This document shows positions 8,005-15,177 of a DNA stretch of 28,478 bases, one piece after another; position 1 is the stretch's first letter; every line of letters begins with the position of its first letter. Both the position numbers and the translations under genes were made by a program. The stretch is taken from the NCBI GenBank assembly GCA_949298295.1, contig CASFWS010000001.1, forward strand, positions 2,627 to 31,104, in the 5' to 3' direction. The stretch is from an uncultured Bacillota bacterium (lineage in GTDB: Bacteria; Bacillota_I; Bacilli_A; RFN20; CAG-826). The notes beneath the pieces are model-generated. The model was given only the letters and a program-made list of their open reading frames with translations. It was not told the DNA's origin and made no database searches.

Positions 8005-9204
8005 ATGAAGAGCAAACTTGGGGAATTGCTTTCCGCCATCGGCCTTCCGCTGACGGAGCTCGCTCGGGAAACCGGGCTTTCGAAATCGTATCTCTCCCGC
8101 CTCGCTAGCGAGCGACCCCTCAAGCCCGATACGGCGACTTACCTAGCGATCAAGAAAGCGCTTATCGACTATCATGAGGCGGATTTGCATGTGTTTTTTG
8201 CGGCAAAGCACGGCCTAGCCAAAAGTTTGGACGAGTATTTCTTCCCGCCGAGGCACGGGATTGGGTCTTTTCTTGAACCCGAAGGGAAGGACTTCATTGT
8301 TTCCCTTTCTGGCTCTTCTCTTTCTTTCTTGCGGGAAGTTCTCTCGGCCCTCTCCCCGTTTCTCCGAAAGGATCTCTCTTCCAAGGTCCGGGTGCTCTTA
8401 CCGCCTGATTACGGGAAGATTGTCTATTCCCTTTCCGAGGCTTTCTTCTTCCTCTTTCTCGAGGGGCGCCTGTCCTTTTTCGTGAGCGAAAAGGATCCAC
8501 CTCTTTTCGCCCTCCTCGGCCGGCGTCTCGTTTTGGGAAACGAGCATCGGGGAAAGGAAGTTTTCCATTTCCTCGATATCGATGCCCCGGCCCGTTCTTT
8601 CTACGAAAGTTATTTCCTCGTGCCGGGGAAGGCGCTCTACCGCCGGGAACGCGAGTTCATGAAGGCCTACCGGCCCTTCCTTGCCTCCCTTCGGAGGAGC
8701 CGTCGCGGGTTCTTCCTCCTTGAGAACCCTTCTTGCCTCTATATGGGCGAAGCGGTCTTTTCTTCCTTTTCCTCCCGGCTGGACGATCAAGTGTCCAGCC
8801 TGCTGGAAGCCTCGCGAGAGGCCTTCCGGGGAATGAAGAAAACCCTGGCCATCCGTCTGGAAGGCCTCTCCTACAAGATGAATCGGTCCGATCCTCTCGT
8901 TAACCTCCTTTCGGGTTCCGAATGCCCCCTCAAGGAAAGCGAGTACCGGGCCTATCTTTCCGGGCTTGCTTCCCTCTCGGGCCGTTCATGCTCCCTTTTC
9001 CGGCTCCGGAACACCATCTTCTCTTCGATCGTCGTCCTCGATGACTTGGCCGTAATCTTTCCCCGGCGTTACGCCATCAAAGAAACGCCGGTTCTCTTCG
9101 ACGATCCCTCGGTCGTCAAAGCCTTTCAGGACAATTGCCGGAAGGAAATTCGACTCGAGCGCCTTAAGAAGGAAGACCTCCAATCCGCCATTTCCTCCGT
9201 CTAA
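8005..9204 (+). CDS. XRE-family HTH transcriptional regulator with a long uncharacterised C-terminal region
   Basis: N-terminal MKSKLGELLSAIGLPLTELARETGLSKSYLSRLAS helix-turn-helix; transcribed divergently from the esterase gene. Confidence 0.7.
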   Translation: MKSKLGELLSAIGLPLTELARETGLSKSYLSRLASERPLKPDTATYLAIKKALIDYHEADLHVFFAAKHGLAKSLDEYFFPPRHGIGSFLEPEGKDFIVSLSGSSLSFLREVLSALSPFLRKDLSSKVRVLLPPDYGKIVYSLSEAFFFLFLEGRLSFFVSEKDPPLFALLGRRLVLGNEHRGKEVFHFLDIDAPARSFYESYFLVPGKALYRREREFMKAYRPFLASLRRSRRGFFLLENPSCLYMGEAVFSSFSSRLDDQVSSLLEASREAFRGMKKTLAIRLEGLSYKMNRSDPLVNLLSGSECPLKESEYRAYLSGLASLSGRSCSLFRLRNTIFSSIVVLDDLAVIFPRRYAIKETPVLFDDPSVVKAFQDNCRKEIRLERLKKEDLQSAISSV

Positions 9205-9213
9205 TTCATGGAC

Positions 9214-9273
9214 AAACTTCCGCAAAATGGATGCATAAACTTCCGTAAAAACGATGAACATTCTTCCGCAAAT
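9214..9273. repeat. Three CTTCCGYAAA direct repeats at an exact 23-bp period
   Basis: CTTCCG cores at 9217, 9240 and 9263 (AAACTTCCGCAAAA, AAACTTCCGTAAAA, ATTCTTCCGCAAAT), plus a further AAACTTCCGC at 9521-9530. Confidence 0.7.
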
Positions 9274-9716
9274 CATCAAACAATCCCGATATTATCGAGC
9301 GAAATCGCTGTCTAAAACGATCGTCAAAATCTATATTCGATGGGATTGAAAGTAGCGATTTGGCAACATTTCGCCGATTGCCTGCATTGGACCAAGAGGT
9401 ACTCGCGTTGCTTTTCGCAAGATTGATATCGAGCGCTTTGGCATTCCGGCTGCTTGAATGGCTGTTGGACTGCCGAATTTCAATGTCCTTCCTCCTTTTT
9501 GCCAAAGGGACCGACCGTATAAACTTCCGCTGTTCATTTAGACTTTTATCCGCATGCGGGAAGTTTTGGCAAATCCATCAAGGTCATCGCTTTTGGGCAG
9601 TTCGCCTTTTCTCTCTTATTTTGATAATTGGCGTTGGTTCAAGTGGATGCACGGCAAACGCAATTTGAAAGCCAATTTCCGACAAGCCAAAAATTGAATT
9701 TGTCTGAAATAGCTTC

Positions 9717-10913
9717 TCAATCCCGATGGTAGACATCGCGGGTGAAGACTTTATCGATGACCCCATCGAGGGAACTTCCGATCCGATTCGCAACAATGAG
9801 GTCGGCCTTCGCCTTGAAGGCTTCGAGGTCGTTGACCAAGGCGTTCCCTTCATAGGACTCCCCTTGGAGAGAAGGCTCGTAGATTATGGCTTTCCCGCCT
9901 TTCGCGTTGAGACCCCTGAGAAGATCGACCGTCGAGGAAGAACGGAGGCCGTCGCTTCCTTCCTTGCTGCTTAGACGGTAGAAGCCGATCGTCTTCCCCG
10001 GGTTTTCGGCCCGATAGGCCAAGAGGCGGGAAAGAAGACTCTCCTTACGGGCCTCGTTGGCAAGATCGATCGTCGGGATGAGGAGGGCTCTCTCCTTCGT
10101 GAGGGTTTTCCCAAGTTCCTTGGTGTCTTTGCTCAGGCAGTAGCCGCCGTAACCAAAGGAGGGGTTGTTGTAGCCCTCGCCGATCCGCGGGTCGAGTGAG
10201 ACGCCATGGATGATGGCCTTGGCCGAGAGCCCGTGGCCCAAGGCATAGCTGTCGAGTTCATTAAAGAAAGCCACGCGCATGGCGAGATAAGCGTTGGAGA
10301 AGAGCTTGATGGCTTCAGCCTCCTCGGCCTTCACGAAGGAAAGGTCGACCCGTTTTCCCTTGAGGGGAGAAAGAAGAAGGAAAGCCGCTTCCTCGGCCGC
10401 TTTTCGGGCCTCTTCCCTTTCCTTGAGCATCCCGATGACGAGGCGGGACGGGGAGAGGGTATCTTCGAGGGCCTTTCCTTCCCGGAGGAATTCCGGGACG
10501 AAGAGGAGGCGGTCGAAAGAAAGCTTCTCCGAAAGCTTCCGGGTGAAGCCGATCGGAAGGGTCGAGCGGATGAGACACCAAGCCGCTGGATTTGTTTCCT
10601 TGACCAGCCGGACGACGCTTTCGACCGATGAGCCATCGAGGCCTTTCTTTTTGGGGTCGAAGTCGGTGGGGGTGGCGACGATGACGAAAGAAGCGTTTCC
10701 GTACCCCTCTTTCGGGTCGTTGGTTGCCCGGAGGGAGAAACCTCCCTTTTGAAAGGCATCCTCGGTGCTTTGATCATGAATTGGAGAGCGCCCCGAATTA
10801 AGGCAGTCGACTTTCCTTTGGTCGATGTCGACGACAAGGACCTCGTTTTCCTTACCGAGGAGAAGAGCGTTGCTAAGCCCGACGTAGCCGGCGCCGGCGA
10901 CCGTGACTTTCAT
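9717..10913 (-). CDS. ugd: UDP-glucose 6-dehydrogenase
   Basis: MKVTVAGAGYVG (NAD-binding), IVATPTDFD, IRST, VPEFLREGKAL, EAIKLFSNAYLAMRVAFFNE and catalytic NNPSFGYGGYCLSKD. Start taken at ATG 10913. Confidence 0.93.
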   Translation of the reverse strand: MKVTVAGAGYVGLSNALLLGKENEVLVVDIDQRKVDCLNSGRSPIHDQSTEDAFQKGGFSLRATNDPKEGYGNASFVIVATPTDFDPKKKGLDGSSVESVVRLVKETNPAAWCLIRSTLPIGFTRKLSEKLSFDRLLFVPEFLREGKALEDTLSPSRLVIGMLKEREEARKAAEEAAFLLLSPLKGKRVDLSFVKAEEAEAIKLFSNAYLAMRVAFFNELDSYALGHGLSAKAIIHGVSLDPRIGEGYNNPSFGYGGYCLSKDTKELGKTLTKERALLIPTIDLANEARKESLLSRLLAYRAENPGKTIGFYRLSSKEGSDGLRSSSTVDLLRGLNAKGGKAIIYEPSLQGESYEGNALVNDLEAFKAKADLIVANRIGSSLDGVIDKVFTRDVYHRD

Positions 10914-10992
10914 CTGTTCCGATGGCCTTTCTTCCTTAAGGCGTATCTTAACTTCCTCTCCTCGTTCCATCAATCGGCCCGGGGACAAGAAA

Positions 10993-11014
10993 AGGGTTCC
11001 CGCTTGGGAACCCT
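10993..11014 (-). terminator. Intrinsic terminator after the cyclase gene
   Basis: AGGGTTCCC/GGGAACCCT 9-bp stem with a 4-nt loop, followed by a T-rich run on the - strand about 20 nt after the cyclase stop. Confidence 0.75.
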
Positions 11015-11033
11015 CCTTGTTACTTGGAAGAAG

Positions 11034-11768
11034 TTACTTCACCTTCTTTTCGATCCAGGCCCCGTAGCCGGCATCGAGAAGAGAAGCGTGGTAGCACCAC
11101 ATGTTCAGCTCTTTGGAGAACTTCCGGGTGAAGAATTCCCAATAGCCTTGCTTTTCGTTGGCCGCATAGTTTTTGATGTTGTCGAAGTAGAGGCGGTCGA
11201 TGATGATTTCCCCGAAGTCGTCCTTGGCGGCCTGGCGGGCCATCTTCGCCGCGTCGAAGAGGGAATCCCCGACATAGGCCAAAGGAGCATCTCCTTCGCC
11301 CGTTTTGACAATCAAGCATTCGGACGTCGAAAGGCCGATCCCGATTTCGAAGGTGGCCATCCCTTTCTTGTCGAGGCTCCGCTGGAGCATCTCGTTGAAG
11401 GTGTTGACGTAGATGGCGTCCTCAAGGAGGGAGACGAGGTCTTCCTGCCCCGGGGTGTTGTAATAGGCAATCATCTTGTCGCCTTCGATCGTGAGGCGGA
11501 GAAGCTTCTTGTTTCCGCGAAGGATGGCGGCGGCTTCTCCATAGAAGGCGCGGACGATGCGCGCGACATCGAGCCTCTCCTCTTCCTTGAAGAGGGGGGC
11601 GGCGTTCCTGATGTCGATGACCATGGCGGCCATCCAGCCTTTGACGCCGTTTTCCTTCAAGGCGGCTTCCTTGAGGTCGATGGAGTTGACGGTGGCGATT
11701 TTGGTGGTGGAAGACAAGATGGCGTCGACCCTCTTTTTGGAGGCCGCGTAAATCTCCTCGTTGGTCAT
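11034..11768 (-). CDS. Class III nucleotide cyclase domain protein (Pycsar PycC-like)
   Basis: Metal-binding motifs AMVIDIRNA and TIEGDKM, then IGIGL...LIVKTG and YVGD...AAKMA. Stand-alone ~244-aa cyclase. SD GAGGAG lies 8 nt before ATG 11768. Confidence 0.7.
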   Translation of the reverse strand: MTNEEIYAASKKRVDAILSSTTKIATVNSIDLKEAALKENGVKGWMAAMVIDIRNAAPLFKEEERLDVARIVRAFYGEAAAILRGNKKLLRLTIEGDKMIAYYNTPGQEDLVSLLEDAIYVNTFNEMLQRSLDKKGMATFEIGIGLSTSECLIVKTGEGDAPLAYVGDSLFDAAKMARQAAKDDFGEIIIDRLYFDNIKNYAANEKQGYWEFFTRKFSKELNMWCYHASLLDAGYGAWIEKKVK

Positions 11769-12293
11769 AGGCACTTCTCCTCTATTTATTTATCCTTATT
11801 CTAACGGCAAGTTTTACTTTTCGTTACTATTTCAAGCGAATCGATGATATTTTTCCGTTTTGTTACATGGTAAAGCCGATTGAAAGGTGGCGGAACGGGG
11901 GTGGAGGATCCGCCTCTCAATGGCCTCTGACAACCGTCTTGGAACTGTTCAGCCTTGGCTACAGGGCTACCCCTAAAATTGGCATTGGGCGACCGAAAAC
12001 GGTAACCGTGAATCTGCTTCTTAGGGGGGTGAAGACCAAGCGTCGGAATGGCGGTGGTTTCTTTACGAATCAGCCCCCTGGAGGTGCCTGTTTTTCCCGA
12101 ACGGAAAAGCCATTACCCCTGCCTCGGTCCTCATATAGAAGCGAGGCCGCACATTTCGGATTTTCGTATTTTTCAGATGATATCGGTTGTTTTTGCGGAA
12201 TATTTGTGCAAATTCAACGAAATTTTCCCAAAGTCTCAAAATACGGGCATTTTCTATACACTGTTAATCGGTATATCAAGTCAACCTTGAAAA

Positions 12294-12348
12294 TCCAAAT
12301 CCAAAATCTTTGAGGAAAGCGGGGATTTGCAAAGATATTGGATTTGGA
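12294..12348. repeat. 19-bp inverted repeat (18/19 match) with a 17-nt spacer upstream of the SipW cluster
   Basis: TCCAAATCCAAAATCTTTG (12294-12312) and CAAAGATATTGGATTTGGA (12330-12348). Confidence 0.75.
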
Positions 12349-12506
12349 GCTTGGCAATCAGTTTCTTTTGCTTGTAGAGCGCAATCGACAATGCAAGAAT
12401 TGTGCCAGGCGGATGGCCCCAATAGGCAAGGTGCGCTACTCGTCATGAGAGCGGCAACAGCGGCCTGTTTGATACCATCGTGCCCGAGCATTCAAAGGAG
12501 GTTAGC

Positions 12507-13328
12507 ATGAAAAAGCAAACCAAGCTCGAAAAGCGTCGCAAGACCGTACTGGGAGCCGTTCTCGGATTCGGCGCGGTGGCGCTCCTCACCACGGCCACGG
12601 CAACCTATATCATTTCCGTTAACAATCCGAGCGGAGACGTGAACGGCAACGTTACCGTCGATACGATCAAGGGCGACTTGGTCGAGTTGAAAATTGGGGA
12701 TACTGATACGACCGACGATCTCAAAGTGAATCTTGCCGAATCCGGCGAAGCAATTCCCTCTGATAGCTATGCTGTTGGATACGATCCCTCCAGCGGAAAT
12801 CCGGGTGCTGATCTTGAGATTACCCTCCCTAACATCACTCTTACTTATGGTAGCGATTGGTCCGGAGCTGAAAGTCCTAAGCTTCAATTCTCTTTGGACG
12901 AGGCTAAAAACGCTGCGAACCACCTAGATAGTTCTGATGTCAAAGTTCAAAACGTCCGTGAAGGTGAACCCTGGACTTATGTGGATGCTCCCGATGCCGA
13001 AACCATTACCGAGAAGCCTGGCATGACTAAGCAGACTAACGGCAAAACCACGACTTGGACGATTACTGGGCTCAAGGTCGAGTTCAAATGGGGATCCTTC
13101 TTTGGCCGGATGAGCCCGGCGAACTTCTACAATTCGAAGTTCTACAAGGCCGATGATACCGGAAGCTCCGCCCTTGACGGTGATCCGATAGGCACCCGGA
13201 AAGAGCTTACGGTCGACACCGCCGGCCATATTGTCGAAGAAATTAATGCCATGAAGACGGCCTTTGAAGGTGAAGGCGGGGGTCTCGTCCTCACTGTCAC
13301 GGCCGTCAATGGAGGAGCCGGGGCCTAA
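12507..13328 (+). CDS. Secreted TasA/CalY-like protein with a SipW-cognate-type signal peptide (paralog 1)
   Basis: SD AAAGGAGG before ATG 12507. Basic N-terminus, Gly-rich h-region and TATA|TYII cleavage-like motif. Shares F.WGS.FG..(S/N)P with the next gene and lies upstream of sipW. Confidence 0.6.
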   Translation: MKKQTKLEKRRKTVLGAVLGFGAVALLTTATATYIISVNNPSGDVNGNVTVDTIKGDLVELKIGDTDTTDDLKVNLAESGEAIPSDSYAVGYDPSSGNPGADLEITLPNITLTYGSDWSGAESPKLQFSLDEAKNAANHLDSSDVKVQNVREGEPWTYVDAPDAETITEKPGMTKQTNGKTTTWTITGLKVEFKWGSFFGRMSPANFYNSKFYKADDTGSSALDGDPIGTRKELTVDTAGHIVEEINAMKTAFEGEGGGLVLTVTAVNGGAGA

Positions 13329-13354
13329 ACATCGCCTATATCTAAATTAAGGTT

Positions 13355-14122
13355 ATGAAAAACAGCAAACTCAAAGGCAGCAAGAAGATTGCCTACCTCC
13401 TTTCCGGGGCCGGGGCCATTGCCCTTACCGGCATCGCCTTTTCCGCCTGGATTATCACCAGGGAGCCCGTGCCGGTCGACGTCAGCCCCATCAGTGTGAC
13501 TGTCGGGGACGTCGAGGACCATAGCGTCAAGATCCTTGAAGCCGAAGCCGTGGAGGGGCATGACTCCCTCAGCTTCGATGCCTCTCCGGGTGACACCACT
13601 GGGCCGATCGTTGCCGGTCCTGATTCGAAGGAACAACTTACATTCAAAGTTCAATTTTATATCAGCGGCGCCGTTTCGATCGATACAGGAACATTCACTA
13701 GTTGGTATGGCGGATTCAAGGTAGCCTTGTCGGTCGTTACGAAAGATTCGTCAGACAGTTCCTTGTCCATCAACGCTGCCGGCGCGGCCTTGAATAGCGC
13801 CGTTACCTCGGGCTACCTCTCGATGCCAATTGCTGATGAGGTTACCTTCACCCCTGATACTACTGCCCCTCAACACCTAGATACCGTTTCTGGCGATGGC
13901 CTCACTGCAACTTGCACTTCTACGGGAACCGCTGGAAGTTACGGCGTTCACGTCGAACTCAAATTCGCTTTCAGTTGGGGATCGGCCTTCGGTTCCGAGA
14001 ATCCCGGATTCACGACCGCCAGCGACGATTCCTCCCTAAACAGCATCAATGCGGCCTTGACCGAGTTGAAGAAAGCCTCCGGGGCCCATCTGAACGTCCG
14101 CCTGACGCCTCAAATCAAATAG
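13355..14122 (+). CDS. Secreted TasA/CalY-like protein with a SipW-cognate-type signal peptide (paralog 2)
   Basis: MKNSKLKGSKKIAYLLSGAGAIALTGIAFS|AWII signal; FSWGSAFGSENP motif shared with paralog 1; similar length and C-terminal helix-strand pattern. Confidence 0.6.
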   Translation: MKNSKLKGSKKIAYLLSGAGAIALTGIAFSAWIITREPVPVDVSPISVTVGDVEDHSVKILEAEAVEGHDSLSFDASPGDTTGPIVAGPDSKEQLTFKVQFYISGAVSIDTGTFTSWYGGFKVALSVVTKDSSDSSLSINAAGAALNSAVTSGYLSMPIADEVTFTPDTTAPQHLDTVSGDGLTATCTSTGTAGSYGVHVELKFAFSWGSAFGSENPGFTTASDDSSLNSINAALTELKKASGAHLNVRLTPQIK

Positions 14123-14196
14123 CCTGATCCAAGGCCAGGCGGCTTTTCTGGCGCTTCGCCGGCAGCCGGAGGTTGCCGCGAAGACGACCAATCAAC

Positions 14197-15177
14197 ATGT
14201 CCAGCATTGAAATCCTCTCGCTAATCGTGACGATCGTTGCTCTCGTGAGCCTCTCGTTCGTCTTCACCTTCCTCTTCCGCAGCTACTTCCGCGGAATCGT
14301 CGAGGCGGTGGAAAGCGGGGAAGAAGATGCCGAACTCATCTACGAAGAAGCGATGGGGAAGCGGGAGAAGACCCTTCCTCAGAAACTTCTCCATTACGGA
14401 GGCAAAGCCCTCTCCTACCTCGTACTCGTTGTTCTGGTCGGGGTGTTTGCCTGGTCCCTCGCCGCGCGGTTCATGGGGACCGAGATGTCCCTTGGGGGCA
14501 ATATCCCCTTGGTCATCGTCTCGGGATCGATGTCCTATAAGAACGAGGACAACCAATACCTATACGACAACGATCTGGACAATCAGTTCCAGACCTACGA
14601 CATCATCGTGGTCAACCAAACCGCGAGCCCCGACGACATCGAACTCTATGACGTCATAGCCTTCTATTCGTCGGACGGGACCGTCGTCGTCCACCGGGTC
14701 GTCGAGATCGTCGATACCTCTGAAGGCCCGATGTATGTCACCCGCGGCGACGCCAACGACACCAGCGACGCCAATGCCCTCTATGGGGACTATCTGCCTT
14801 ATCAGCAGATTGTCGGCGAATACCACGGAGTGCGCGTTCCAGCCATCGGGGCCTTCGTCCTCTTTCTTCAATCGGGAGCCGGCGTCGTCTGCGTCGTCTC
14901 CATCGTCTATTGCTTCGCCATCTTCGAGTTCTACCGCCGCAAGATGGACATCGCCATCGAGGAGCGGACCGCGAAGCTCTTCTCCTTCCTCGATGTCGAC
15001 GAGGTTGACGAGAATGCCGACGTCAACTTCACGGAAGTCCTGACCTACAAGGGAAAGGACTACGTGCTCCCCAATGGGGAGTTGCCGGTTGGGAAGGAGC
15101 AGGGGACGGCTCCCTCCGCCCTTAACGGGGAAGAAACAGAAAATAAAGCCACATCCACCAAGGAGGATCAGCAATGA
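14197..15177 (+). CDS. sipW: Signal peptidase I, SipW/ER (S26B) type, with extra N- and C-terminal TM segments
   Basis: IVSGSMS (catalytic Ser), DIIVV, DVIAF, VVHRVV (His general base rather than Lys) and YVTRGDAN. Confidence 0.8.
   Translation: MSSIEILSLIVTIVALVSLSFVFTFLFRSYFRGIVEAVESGEEDAELIYEEAMGKREKTLPQKLLHYGGKALSYLVLVVLVGVFAWSLAARFMGTEMSLGGNIPLVIVSGSMSYKNEDNQYLYDNDLDNQFQTYDIIVVNQTASPDDIELYDVIAFYSSDGTVVVHRVVEIVDTSEGPMYVTRGDANDTSDANALYGDYLPYQQIVGEYHGVRVPAIGAFVLFLQSGAGVVCVVSIVYCFAIFEFYRRKMDIAIEERTAKLFSFLDVDEVDENADVNFTEVLTYKGKDYVLPNGELPVGKEQGTAPSALNGEETENKATSTKEDQQ

Noticed and set aside
9214-9273. Possible mini CRISPR array
   Set aside because: The 23-bp period is far too short for repeat plus spacer, and there are no cas genes.
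9206-9668. Short ORFs in the gap between the XRE gene and ugd
   Set aside because: Overlapping 50-100-aa frames on both strands with no motifs. One has an SD-like AAGGAGG before a TTG, but its 50-aa product is uninformative.
10749-11804. 351-aa plus-strand ORF
   Set aside because: Antisense to ugd and the cyclase, crosses a terminator, and has no recognisable motifs.
11899-11935. Resemblance to a SAM-I riboswitch (GGTGGAGGA...TGGCC...CAACC)
   Set aside because: It lacks the 5' TTATC.AGAG and 3' GGTGC.AA.TCC elements, the spacing is wrong, and no methionine gene lies downstream.
12290-12345. Resemblance to a c-di-GMP-I riboswitch (GAAA...GGGA...GCAAAG)
   Set aside because: The GGCAAAC start and the second GNRA-receptor stem are not recognisable; the plain inverted repeat explains the sequence better. 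An Rfam scan would settle it.
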